Positions 43,101 to 57,200 of a stretch of DNA of 64,000 nucleotides are shown in pieces. The stretch is from Balanoglossus misakiensis. Taxonomy: Eukaryota; Animalia; Hemichordata. The notes under the pieces are model-generated. The model saw nothing but the letters and a program-made list of their open reading frames with translations, did no database searches and was not told the origin of the DNA. The stretch is taken from NCBI GenBank assembly GCA_040954595.2, contig CM082590.2, positions 8,929,764-8,993,763 on the forward strand, read 5' to 3'. A program made the position numbers and the translations under genes. The number at the start of each line of letters is the position of its first letter. Positions within the stretch are counted from its first letter, which is position 1.

Positions 43101-46100
43101 TCGTCCAAAATTAGGGATTTCCTGAGAAAGAGATCGTGAGGACGGCCGCTGGGAGACTAATCTTCCTTCACTGAATGTAAACAAACATGAGTATGCCTGT
43201 GTTGGTAATTAATTCAGTGTCAATCGTCTTGTTTACAATTCAATCAACTTATCTGCATATTTCTGTCATTGAAATGTGTGACGTATTTTACCCAGTATGC
43301 ACCGGGGCAGGGATAGCCCAGAAACGATACCATGGTTACTACATAGCTATTTTCAAGCTTCAATCTTTTTAGGTTTTACACTTTGAATAACAAAAATATG
43401 CCATTCTTTATCTTTTCTTTTACATTTTGGGCACTAAAGGCGTAGTTGTGGGTTGCTCAGAAAAACTTGTGAAAGGGTCTGGCCTGCAGTTCTGATATAT
43501 ACCCAGCAGCCCTTGCGCCAAAATGGCTGTACAATTTCTGCCACTGGCTGCGCTATACAGATAAAAACGAAAGAATTCCTATCAGTTCAAAGAACTTTGT
43601 GGCCATTCTCTCTATATTCAATGTACAGTAGAACCTTTTTAATTAGAACACCCAGGGTGTTTGGTGCAGAGAGAGTTCCAGATTATAGAGGTTTTGCTTG
43701 TGACAGGTTTAAGAAATACATACATACACCCATGCAGGCATACATATATACATACATACTCACACACACACATTTATACACACAGATACATATACATTAT
43801 ACATGTATATACATACACACACACTTCCATTTACTTTATGGGAATAAACTTATATAAATTTATTGATATAAAATGCTGATCTTGTGATAAGAGGTCATGC
43901 CAAGGTCATGATAGAATATCTGGCAAGGGAACATCTTATAATGGGATGTAAAGATGGACCAACAAAATCAGAGACCGATCACTTTTTACTGGTTCATTAC
44001 AAAAAGATTAGACTCAAGTTTATTCAGGAACCAAAATTACTACTTTTAACCCCTTCACACCCCTTTCCCTATAGAATGGACCCAACCGCACCAGTAAAAA
44101 CAATGGGGTTGGACCAAGCTGTGGTTGTGAAAAGGTTAATAATAATATGCACCTCAGGAGGAAACTGACAACTTTCTTTCAAACTTCACTGAATTTACAG
44201 CAAGTTTTTGCAACAAAAATATTACAATCGCTATAAAATAAAAGTCTGCTTTTCCATTTTCCAACTGAAAACTTGATGTGGTTTCTTTAATAAACCTGCA
44301 TTTAATTTAAAGAAATTTCCAAGTCTTTAAAATTTATTTTATTTAAAAAAAACTGTCATATTTGGTGGGGATATGCTATTGAACACAAATACATACATAC
44401 CAACCATTAACCCATTCACCCCCCTATCCTTCTGTACAGGTCCAACTTTACTTTAGAAAACATTGATTTGGGCTAAACCACTGCAGTGAAAGGGGTATAC
44501 AGGATGAGCATGCACTGGCTGAGAGCCATGTTAGGCTCTTGCATTGAGAATTGCTTTAAAACAAAATTTATATAACCTTTTTGATTCCCCAATGCTGCAC
44601 TTTCTTCAAACTTGACCTCTGACCTTAACTACATCCTGGTTCTTTTTTAATGGTTGCTCTGGCAATCAATGAACCAATCAAACAGGGGGATTCATACCAA
44701 ACAAAAATACCAGGATGTAAGGTCATCCAGAAGCCATGAAATGCCCAATTTTTGCTGCCTGGCCTGAAGTAAATAAGACTTCAACAAAATTCAGCTTTTG
44801 TAAAAAAAAATCTGCTATTTTGCAAATGTGGTTGGCAAAGATTTTTCACCCTCCTAGTGAGCAAATCTACTTTGAAGTTTGCAAGAATTTTCTTAATTTA
44901 ACAGTAGTACATTTTGATGGCTTTAACATAGGTATTGTATGTTCCACAAAAATGAGATTCTATTTATCATAACTTGAATTCTAGAGAGACTGGATGTAAG
45001 TCTTCCATAATGAACTTATTTTTAGTCATTTTTTTTTCCAATTAAAACAGGTTTTTGTACTGTAAAATGACCTAATGCAACTCACTTTGACAATAAAACC
45101 TCAAATATTACTTCTGCTCCCTTTTGCTTTCACAGATCAATTTCTTCCTTTTTTAACCTGAAGTCTTAATTCACAAGATCATGATTATTTTTTTCAAAAT
45201 AATATTCTGTACTTGTTTAATGAGATAGAACTGAAATGAAAATATTACTAGATCCATTGAAAAGAAATACAGGCATGCATATGACATGTAGTTACATTCC
45301 AGTTCATCTGAAAAGTTTTTCAACAGCCAATGACAATCCAGATCCATCAGTACTCCTCAACTTCTTCCAAATAAAGACAGTCCCTCTGCAAGAATATTAA
45401 TTCCCATGTTGTAGATATTTCATGCACACACACAAACATTTCTTGTTGTTGTTGTTTTGTTTGTTTTTGTACCAGCACAGGTTCTTTCTGGTCAAAACCA
45501 AAACGCATATTTTTAATTTTTTATGGTTTATTGATACATTATTAGGAAAAAATATTTTTACAAATAGATATTATTTTACAATTTATTTTTACTGTTTTGC
45601 ACTAAGCTCAAGTGAGGCAGAAAAAAGAGGGGGAAAAGTGACCATGATACATTTAATAAACATCTAAATGCTTCCTAGAAGTCTAATGAATGAAACTTTC
45701 CAAAAAAAGACTTCATTTTTTCTAAATGTTTGTACTAAGCTTTACTATAAATATCACACAACGAAGGTTTGAAAAATTCACAATTTATCTACATCCACTT
45801 AAAGGGTCTTGGTATTATTATTAGCATACATGTATTCTCAGCCAATAAGATTGGAGGAAAATGCAATGTTTGATATTCTTTACCTGCCTAGGAGGCCTTT
45901 ATGTAGATTAGCATATTGTTAACCAATGACATAAGGACATAAGCTTCCCTAGCTTTGTAAAATAATGTACAGTGGATTTTTCAAGCCGACAAAATCATAA
46001 ATAAACTTCAAAGTTAGTCATGTTGGATGGATTTGTAGGCGAAGCAACAAAACCGAAAACTATTTTTTAACCCTTTCACCACTATGGTTCAGTCCAAACC

Positions 46101-46464
46101 CATTGTTTTCTATGGAAAAGTTCGACCTCTAAAGAGGAAACTAGGGGTGAAAGGGTTAATAATGACAATATATCTACATAAAGAAGCAGAGAGGATATTG
46201 CACCCAACACCATGTTTCACCGCATAAAATAACGAAATCAACGAATTCTAATAAATACAATATAATTAGATCTTATTTTCTAACATCAAAATAACCACAG
46301 GCAAATTTCCCTGAATTGAGTGTATTTCCATGGCAACGAAATCCAACATGACCAACACTGAACTTCAGTTAAAGTCACACACATGCATGCCACACATAGA
46401 ATCTTTCTTTCCAATCTACTGATATTTGTGCTGTACATTATGAGAATCAAAGTTGTTGGTTTTT

Positions 46465-48416
46465 TTAAATTTTCTGGATTTTCTCGCCGACAATGACGGG
46501 GTTGTTTTTCCTAATTTGTTCCTGTCCTTCGGCCCGGTAATCAAATGTACAATTATGTTTGTCCGAATAGCGATGGATGCTGCAGAAAAGTCCTCCACAT
46601 CGACACTCAAATCCTGAAAGATAAAAGAAACACCTTCGTTAGATCCTTCCACCCCTTTCCCATGTTCAATGGTATAGCCTGGACATTGCAAATGGCATGG
46701 AATCAACCAAAGAAGTCTTGTGGTGAGGTAACTGACTTGTGTGCTGTTTATGCAAGCCCAGAAGTGTATGTTGAACTCTGAACCTGCTGATGTTGTATGA
46801 AAACAAATTATAACAGCCCCCCCCCCCCCCCAATACAATTTTGGTATTCTCCCTCAGATGTCCAGGGGGTGGCTCTCCTAGAACCCAGTAATCCCAGTAT
46901 ACAAAATCAATCCCCCCTTGAAATGTTCTCTGAGGTGATTGTTTACTTGCATAACAAAGAAGTTACTGTGATTCTAATAAATTTCTACTGTTTTGCCAAA
47001 AGTGGCGACAACGAAACTTGATTCATCTAAGGAGAACACAAATAAAAAATACACAATTCTCACCTGTAAGGCCTACTTTCTTACGACAAGTATAACATCG
47101 ATTTCTCTTTTTAATTTTCTTATCACTATCATCTTTTTCCTCACTACTAGTCGACGCCGTTGAAGTCGTTGGCGAGCCTTGCATGTCGTCCTGACTGGCT
47201 GCAGCACCGAGGGGTTGTTGTTGCGTCCCATCGCTGTCCGAGTGACAGGAGGCTGTAATGGTAGTTGTGGTGGTTGCAGTGATGGCTGAGGCTGAGGGTT
47301 CCGCTGTCGCCGCCGCCGCCAACGGACTTGTGGTGGTACTTGTAGATGCCGATGATAAAGTTGCTGGAAGAGAAATCAAGACATATCAATCAGTCATTCA
47401 AATCAATTCACTACATGTATACTAACTTGGCATGATATAATCTATTTTTATTGTCTGTCTGTCTGTCTGTCTGTATGTATGTATGTCTGTCTGTGTATGT
47501 ATGTATGTATGTATGTATGTGTGTGTGCGTGTTATGTATGTATGTATGTATGTATGTATGTACGTATGTATGTATGTACGTCTGTCTGTATGTATGTATG
47601 TATTTATGTTGCCACGTGGACACACACATATACATTACTCAAACATTTCCGTAACCAGGCTAAATACAAAGATCAACTTCTGATTAGCCCTAACTGACCC
47701 AAACCCGGCTCAATTGAACAAGTATGGCATCTAAATACCTGAGGGTACCATTGATAATCTACTCATGCCACCAATGAATTGGTGTTGACAACAACCAACA
47801 CCCGCCTACTTATAATCAAATTTATGACCTGCCATGCTGGCATCAGATAATGCCCCTTCACCTCTGTGCGATCTCAAACCCTAGCAAACAAACGAGTTTA
47901 CAACCTTCAGTCATAAACAGGCTCCAGACTGAATATACCCCATTGATTTCCCTACATAACATTTTCCGCTTTCCAACAACAAAAACGGTGGAAAGCCTCG
48001 CTCAACAAGAGATGCAGCCAGCAAACATTAAGATGCAGCTAGTTATTATTTGAAACCTTGCTTCTTTCTTGTGTGGCTTCCTTATGAAGCTGATCTAGTA
48101 ATTACATTGTCATAATGATTTGCAAGAGGTCAAAACCCCAGCTGTCTTGTTTTATACCTCTCACCCCCCATTTCCGTTTATAACAGTCCATCGCTGCCAT
48201 TGATGACAACAGCGCTGGATCGAACCATTGCAATGAAAGGGTAAAACGTGACTTACTTTGGCTGGGACTAACTCTCCCGGAAGATTGGTTTGAGTTCTGC
48301 TTCCGTTTGACATAGTCTTTGTAACATTTTGAACACATTCCTTCTGTTGCTGGACATCCATAAAATCCACAGCCGTTCCTACATAGCATAGGTTGATTAG
48401 ACTGTTCTTGTTCCAT
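46465..48416 (-). CDS. ZFAND5/6: AN1-type zinc finger protein 5/6 (A20 + AN1 zinc fingers), three coding exons: 48416-48257, 47363-47064, 46613-46465
   Basis: A20 finger [24 protein letters not shown]; AN1 finger [43 protein letters not shown]; C-terminus [12 protein letters not shown]; canonical splice sites. Confidence 0.95.
47452..47606. repeat. (TCTG)/(TATG)n compound microsatellite
   Basis: Directly visible. Confidence 0.9.
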
Positions 48417-48540
48417 CAGTGGATCTATTTTTATTAAATATAACTGCAAATGAAAACAGAAAGCAACATGATGACATGAAATAAAACAGTACAGTAAAAC
48501 CTGTCATTACGGACACCTCTCTAATCAGGACACATACCTG

Positions 48541-48803
48541 GTTCACACAGGGTAAAATTTGAAACGTTTCAGAGACACTTTTTGCCTATGGTAAACACAC
48601 ACACAAAGTTTATGTATAGGCGCTGAGGCTCGGTCCCATAGACAATGGCTTGCGAAAGGTGTTAATCCCTACACCAGCTCAGGTCTGGCCGGAAAAGCCG
48701 TCTCCAATCTGAGACATTTCAGGACCACTATACACCGTTCACACATAATTATTTATGCCAGTATTTGATCTGAGATGTTTCAGAAATGGTCCCTGTGTGA
48801 CCC
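48541..48803. mobile_element. ~260-bp MITE (possibly Harbinger-like termini)
   Basis: GGTTCACACAGGG...TGAAACGTTTCAGA is mirrored by TCTGAGATGTTTCA...CCCTGTGTGACC. Confidence 0.55.
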
Positions 48804-51800
48804 CCATCACAGTTGGGTAAGCACCCCTTATCTGTTATTTAAATTACTAGTGTAATGTATGCTGGCTAACAGCCACACACACAGTTGACATCTTGCCAAG
48901 GATATTCTATCACATGCATTGTATCATTTAACACTGAAACGAATACAACAGAACAGGTCAAGGGGGTTGAAAATTAACCCCTTCACCACCATGGTCTAGT
49001 CCAAACCCATTGTTTTCTACAGGAAGGTTTGACCTCTGTAAAGGAAACTGGGGGTGAAAGGGTTAAATTATCCCAAACTGGTTTTAAATACAATCTGTTA
49101 AAGCAGGGAAATTTGAATGATGAATAAAGTCACTAATTCCAAAAGGAATTTTCTGATTAATTCCCTACTACCCCCACACTCCCGGGGGACCATTTGTCGT
49201 TGAAGTGTTCAACCCTGAGGTAGCCCTAGGAATGAATTCAGTATCTGATGGACCAAGGTAAAATGGCATTTCATGGAAATTACTGCTAGCGCTACTTATG
49301 TGTCCTTGGCTTAGTTGTTTGGTTCAAACGTTTGCGTGGATTATTGATTTGGCCTTGTCAACACAACAATGCCAGTTGCTGATCACAGGACTGTAGTAAA
49401 ACGGTGACACAGTACTATCACCATTGATAAGTAAGAAAACCCAACTGGTGTGAATTAACCCTTCCCCTCACCCCCAGTTCCCAGTATAGAGGTCTAACTT
49501 TACCATAGAAAACAATGGATGTGGACCAAACCATGGTGGTGAATGGGTGACATTGAGATCCAGCCGGAGGTGAGGTTGTAACGACCTGACATTGAAGTGA
49601 GGACAGGACGACTACAGAAGCCAATGTTTGAAACCACAGTCTATTGGCTAGCTAAACAAAGTACATGTACTAACACTGAGCTGGTGCTGGCAACCCATTC
49701 ATATTGGGCTAGCTCTGTGTTAATACAATGCTAACCCAGTGCTGGCATTCTAACAAAAGTATGATATTAGACCAATAACACTACCTACACCGGAAACCTC
49801 TGTAAACCGAACATCTATACCTATTCAGCCCCACAGAATCCAAATATTATAACGAACCCCTTGAAATTTCATATCAAGCATTATCACCAGTAATTATCTT
49901 TTATTTCCTCTGTTTAACACATTTTAATAATTTCAAATACCAAGAATAATTCCTGATCAATTTCTGTGGTGACTCATCCAACAAATACACGTTCTACGAT
50001 CACTCAAATCTACGAAGGCCATATAGTTACCTTGGCTTCTCCAATACATGTATAATCTACCGGTAGTCTCGTATATCACTATACGTGTAACCTTGCTTAG
50101 AGGAAATAAGATGCCGCGAAACTGTCAGTGACATAATCACGCAAGATTTATATCAATGACCAGGCCGACTATTTCACTCACTTTACTGGTGGTAATACCT
50201 TATCTCACAAGTAACTCAAAATGCAAATTATCTTTATTACTACACGTAAATTACAGCAATATATCTACTAGATAATTATTACCCTACAGGAAATAAAAAC
50301 TGGAAAGAAATATGAGAAAAAAATTCAAGGTCATCTTTCTCTATGTTATAGAGTTATGACTATATTTAATCCCTAAAGATATTACCATGTTGACGATTTT
50401 GAACACCTACATTCAGCATCAATATTTACTGATTCCTGTTAATGCATTTTGTTGACTACTCTTCAAGGTTTCAAAGAGTTAGATGTATTTTCCATTAATT
50501 CTTGTTTTCCAGGAATTTCTTTCGGGGATATCTACATCATGTTGGGTGTTCAGCAAATTTCATGTTTTCAAATCTCCGGACATGATATAGCCTTTATCCT
50601 ATATAGTATGGAAACCAATCATTAAAAGTTAACACTAAAATGATGTTCATGAGTGTTCAAACAAACGAACAAACAGTATGGTGGCACTCTTTTTTTGGGT
50701 GTGCCACCAACTGAAAGTCTGTGATTGGCTAGATCTCAATTTGCCATGGTAACCGTATGTAGCTAAATCTACATAGGTGATCGTATGTCTTTAAGTTCAA
50801 TACATTTTGTGTCGCATTTTTGCACATTCAGCTTCCTTACAGCCCCCACAGCTAAGCAGTCTTACTGATCAGGAAGTTTTATTCAATATAATTAGCATTT
50901 GTAGAGAGACTGAAAAATATACCGGTATACACAAATTCAAATTTCTAATTCCTCATTTTAAGTCAATGATTAATGATCTCATCAGACTGTACAATCAATT
51001 GTTTTGTTTCTTTTGTCTTCAACATAATGAGAATTCGGCTGTGTGGGGAAACAAGTGGTCACACATGTAGTGAATATTCATCTCAGCTGTTGTACCGACT
51101 ACCGGTGTATGTAATACCAGATGATGTCGATTCGACCTTTGAGATTGATATGTACATGTATGTCCATTGCAAATATTATATTGAAATTGGCTACACAAAT
51201 ATGTTCAGAAAAGGGAGTGAATTAGTGCATCGATATGTCAATGTATGATATTTTTAAAGAAAAAGAAAAATGTTCAAAAATGTCTTAAGCAAACCAGAGA
51301 TACCCTAGTCTTGTATGGTTTCTATTTATAGGCCCTGACGATGTCGGCGAATCTCTCTTTGTTAGTGGAAGCGTCTCTCGTTATTCAGATAGCATCGGCA
51401 GCTATATTCACCGTTATTATGGATGGTAAAAACCAACATTTATCTCTGTAAAGCTGGATTTCATCATCTGATCGTTATGAAGTAGGGAACACTGTAGAAT
51501 TTTTAACCAGATTGTTTTAGTCTTGTTGACGCTCATATAATTAACAGCCAGTATGAGTAAGCAAATATGGAGAGTTGTACGTGGCGGAAAAAGACCGAAA
51601 TTTCCCTGTATTTCGCGGAAAATGACCACATTTAACCCGATCGACAAAAGTTCATATACACTACTGAGGGATAGTTTCGATACCGGGTTGAAATTTTCTG
51701 AAATAAACCGACCGATAAGCCTTCAAAGTACAGATCCTGAATGTTGTGAAACAAGGATTATATGTACTGGTTTAAACATGGCGACCATTTAACCTGTATG

Positions 51801-51920
51801 TACCCTCTTCTTAAAAAGTCGCTTTTAGAAAGGTTTGGGCGATTATTTCGCCAAAAAATTGATAAATTCCGCGAGAAAGGTAAAAGAGCTTCGGGAAACG
51901 GAAGGAAAATCTTCATATTT

Positions 51921-52120
51921 ACCTTAAATTCCGTAATTCTGGCGGACTTCTCGCCGCAGTATGTGTATCTATCCTTCTTAGCTTGGGAGTCTGTTTTTAG
52001 AAATTCTATTTGTACCGATCACATGACCCGAATGGCGACTGGCGATTGGTAGAGAAAAACAATGATGGATCAGAACGAAGGAAATCATTATGACGTCACG
52101 GGGTGACTCCCTCCCCTGGA
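51921..52120 (-). promoter_or_regulatory. Probable non-coding exon 1 and promoter of ZFAND5/6
   Basis: Donor AAG|GTAAAT near 51921; CpG-richer region; E-box TCACATGA ~52019, CCAAT (minus) ~52045 and CRE TGACGTCA 52091-52098. Confidence 0.5.
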
Positions 52121-54204
52121 TACTACCATTACTGAGTATAGGGGTGCAAGGTAGAAGTTGTAAAATTAAGAGAGAAAAATTACGTTTGAAAGGTTTATGT
52201 TTAACCTCAAAAATAGTTCTCTTTTATTGGCCTGACTGTTATCATACATGTTAAATGTTAACTTTGAAGACTTTCAACAAAATCTGACGTCTGTAGAAAT
52301 TGTCCCTCAAATGCCAACTGTACTGTTTCTACCTACTGTAGTAAGGTATGGGGACTCTTCTTGCTGTGTTGACCCTGAACTTAGTGCGGTTATCGCTTGT
52401 GACAACAGTCGACTGTGCTAGAACCTACGGTGATGATTTAACTTCGTGATTCAACGCCCTTCATCGACTGTGTTCGTCATTTTCCGGAAATGCGGTCATA
52501 CACGTAATAATTGGTTCGTCATCGGCCGGACGGATGTTGGCTACATAACTTATCACACAATACAATAAAAGATTTCTTTTAAAGAGCACTTGAGTGTTGG
52601 AAGGCAAAAGCGCACCTCAAAATTAGTTGAAATGTAACATGTGATGATGTGTGTAGATAGAAGCCCAGCTTATCTTTTTCCCAGAGTCATACTGAGAAAC
52701 TTACAAAAAGTTTTGTTTATTTGCTAATCGATGAAAGAAAGAAAAGAAAAAGACCGAAAATTAACGTTTTGAGAATGGTTTTAATCACACGACCAACTTG
52801 CTGTGAGAATCCGATGGAAATATACACTGAAATGTACACTTGCTTTGTCAACTTCTGCCTAAACTTGATAAGTTTTGTTTATTTCTTTATTTTATATGAC
52901 GACAACCGCTGTTTTGACCATCTGAAAACTTTCTAGTTATTACCTTTTTGTTTATCATAAACAGATCGATTTGTAGGCGAACATTCTCGGTTCTTGAAGT
53001 CAATAAACTCAAGCCGGTTTGTTTCGGTCATACTGTCGTCATACCTTGACGCCAAAAGGAGGTTACTAGGCCAAACGTGAACCAAACATGATCACATAAT
53101 GAACACAAGAGGGCGCTGTTCAAAGAAGCAATCTTGAAATGGACATTTTTCGCAGTACATGTACTCGTTTTCGGCTAATACTTCGGGGAAATCGGATTAA
53201 GTGTCCGAAAAATGTGGGTCAAGTGACAAAGAGACTATAATGTAACAGTTCATGACATTCTCACACACAAAAAGGATTGTACAATCATCCAAGTTGTCAT
53301 AACAAACAAAATTTTATTGAATTCTGAAAGAGCGAGCTCAAACAAAGTTTTGTAATGAGAAGTCTCAATCTTTGAGAACACCATGAAATCAAGGGATGAA
53401 GTATAATGTTCTGATAGAGGTGAAAAACAACACATTGGCTATTATACATGTAATAACAGCTAAACTCATACAAATCTACTACTATGGTCTATAAATCGCT
53501 AAAGTTTTATAACATTGAACTGAAACTCAAGATATATTTCAGATAATTTTACTGTATTGTAGTTTCTGAGTAAATCATTCCATACAACGTCATACACATT
53601 TTGTATACTTTAGTACCATATGCCTTTTTTAAATTATATGTAAACTATACAAAATATGCAAGAAATGACCCACAGACTTTTAGTAGGCTTTTCAAGTATT
53701 ACGCCAATGTCATTTCAGTTACACAATTTGTTCTTTGGTGATTTTGGTCCAAATCACCAATTAAACGAAATAAGCCATAATTACATTATCTGCAAACAAT
53801 AACATAATGGCATCTATATCTACTGATTGAATGTTCAATGAGTCTTTAACAAGCAATTATACTGTCTACTTCAAAGACCCAATTAACCCAAAGTGTTTGT
53901 ATGTTAAGACAAAACAACTAACTAAATATAATTTTGCAATTTTTCACTCTCTTGAAATCATTGATTTTAAAGCTTCTGCAGCAGGCTGTCAAACTGTTGC
54001 CATGACATCCAGGATGGTTCAACATCTTGCGATCTCTTGAACTTCTTGGATATCCTGCAGAGAAGAGAAACAAAAAGATACCAGATCATGATTATGTTAC
54101 AGGCATGTACCAAAATCTGCACACAGTTTAGCCTTAGGTTACAATGCATATTTTGTGAATTTACCTGTTTTTAAATCTTCTAACCAGTCTTCTGTGAGAC
54201 ATGT

Positions 54205-57200
54205 CTACTCGTCCCCTTCTGCCTTCTCCATACTCTCCCGCGAGTCTCCATCATCTTCGATATCGAACATTGTTCCATCTGGTATCACAAAGCCGTCTTC
54301 TTCATCTTCCATGGCACTTCCAGCACCTTCCTCACTTCCAGGGACACTGGCCGATGCCTCAGGGTCTTCAGGGGAAATCGCTGACCCTTCCAAGTCATCA
54401 GGGACATCAGACGATTTGTCTCCATCTTTAGCGACGCCACCCGACGACTCCTCCGCGTCGTCAGCGGCAACAACCGACTGACCCGCGTCTTCAAATCCAC
54501 TGCTTCCCTCATCTCTGCTCTCGGGAACGCCACCCGCCTCGTCCACATCCCTCATCTTCTCCTCATCCCGAGCGTTCGCTTCAGAATTGTCCGGTGAACT
54601 TTCTGCAGCAGTGACGAAACTCTCGTCGCTGTTCTCCGGATAATCATCGTTATCTTTCTGGTCGGTCTTGGATTCCTCCGAAACACTTTCTTTCCCATCT
54701 TGAGAAGCATCCTCTTCCACTTGCATTGCTTCTTCTTGTTCAATGTTTGCAATATTTCCATCCATCTTGTCATCTTCTTCTTCCAATGTTTGTGGTCCTT
54801 CAGTGCTTTTGTCTTCATCTTGAGTGGTAGCGCCCTCTGTAGCTTTGTCATCTCCAGCTTCCTCACTCAATGAATCAGCTTCAGCTCTCTCTGTGGCCTT
54901 GCCATCCTGAGTGCTAGCGCCCTCTGTTGATCGATCATTTTCCATTGACTTATCCTCCATTGAGTCATCTTCAGCAACAGCACCTTCTATTGGCTTGTCA
55001 GGTGATCTGTCATCCTCAACTGAATTGCCTTCATCATCAGAACCCCGCTTTTCATCTTGCACGACAGGAACCTTTGTAGACGCGTTCTCCAAGACTGCGC
55101 CTTCATCCTGTGAGCTGGTACTTTCTGTCACCTTGCCTTGACTGGTATCCACGCTTGAATTACTCACCTCTGATGGCAGATCTGGTAGAGAGTCCTCGGT
55201 GTCTGCAGTCCCTATCATGGGTATTGACAACGGCATCACCGTACCCGCATCGGGAATCTCGTTGCTGTCTTCGTCGGCACCGAACAGACGATCAATGATA
55301 TTCGAGACCGATGCATGAATGTTGTCAGTAGACACACCATCCAATAAAGGGTCTGGCTCGTACATGACTTTCTCGAACGTATCTCGTGGTTTGCTGGGCA
55401 CTGGGCTGTTGCTGTTGGACGATGACACGCTCTGGTCATCCTGTCGGCGCGGTCGCGTGTGGTGTTTAAACCCTTCGACTTCGGACGGCCCGTTGACGCA
55501 AGTCATCACGTGGCCGGCCATCGCGGAGCCCGACTCTGTCATGTAGTTGCACCTCATGCACTGAAGGACTGAGTCGGATAGCCGCGTTACAGGATGCAAA
55601 GAGGGTGCCGGACTATTTGAACGATGAAACTTGATCATGTGGTTACTGAATGATAATCCGCAGTACGTGCGGTATGTACAGTGCGAACATTTGAGGAACG
55701 TCGTGAAGTGGGACGCCAGTGACGATATCTCAGTTCCACATTCGCTGCATCGATGCGTTTCGTGTTTCCGGCTCTTATCAAAGGAGGCCTTCCAATCGTT
55801 CAGACTGTAGCTTTCTAGTGTCCCTCTCCTGGCGTCTCCCTTCACTTCTTTCTTCTTTTTCTTGTACTGGGTATAGCTGTCACTTTTCATCGGTTGCGCT
55901 GATTCTGTCACTTTAATTAATGGGGTTGCTGTCGCCTCAGCGGCGTGTTTGCTTGACTTCTTCGCTGCTGGTCTGACGGGATAGCGTTCGTGGTCGTTGT
56001 TCGTGTGCGTCCTCAGATCGTGGGCCGAAATAAACATGAGCCGGCACTTCTTGCATCGGATGTTACCGCTTTTCGTCTGGTGTTTCTGACAGTGGCGGAG
56101 GTAGGCGTTGGCGTCGCCGCTGGCGCGCAGACAGCTGGTGCAGAGGATCTTCTTGATGCCTTCGTGTTTGGCCTTGAAGTGGTCGACCGTGTCTTCCAGA
56201 ACCGAGGATCGGAATCCGCAGATCGGGCAGGAGTAGGGCATCTGCAGGGGCGGGTGCTTGCCGTGCAGATGCGAACGCAGCATTGCTTTGTTCTCGAGGG
56301 TGATGTCGCATATCTGGCACTTCAACTCGGAGTTCCGGATATGCGACTTTTCAATGTGGCACTGCAGTTCGAACGGGGTGTTGAATCGTCGTCCGCAGTG
56401 ATCGCAGTTGATGATGTCATTCAGAGTCAAGTTCTCCTGTTTTTCCTTGTCCAAGTGATTCTTGATATGCAGCATGTACTTGATGTTATTGCTGATCAGC
56501 TTGGTGCAGTGGTAGCACTTGAAGCCGTGTTTATACTTATCATCGGGATAATCTCTGGAACCAGCTTGGGTTCCGTAAAACTGGTCGACTGAATACCGAG
56601 GTTCTTTGACTTTAACGGGCTCTGTCTCGATGTTCTCCAGTTTTTGCTTTTTTCCCTGGCTGCTGTCGACTGGCGTCATCGACCGCTTGTTGAAGATCCC
56701 GGATTTACTCGACAGCTGAGGCTTGGTTTGTTCCAGACTTGTCCGTTTGCCGAGAAGGATGTCTGTGATTGAAGAAGGAAGCGTTCGCGGCTGTTGTGGT
56801 TGAGGTGCTGTGATCGCTGGGGGCGCTGTTTGAAGGGCCTTGTACACCGGCTGAGGGGGCTGACTCACTTGCTGAACTGTTTGTAGACGCGGCTGGGTGA
56901 TCAATCCTCCAGCGGTGGTGGTGGTCGCCGGGCTGTATACGTAGTGGTAAACATTCCCAGTGGAGGTGAGCAACTTGTAATTGTTACCAAGGTGCTCCTG
57001 GATGTTGATGCCGGTCGGGACGCGTATGACGGTCGTTTTCACCGAACTCTTCGACCCGGCGTCAGTCTGCGCCGACGGCGACTGCTGGGGCGCCTGATAC
57101 GAACTGGCAGGCATCCCCGACACGCCGTACGACGCTTGAGTCGGGTACGTCTGCAGCCCCGCACTCTGAATAGTTATGGTTTTGGTCGGCGCCCTCTGGA

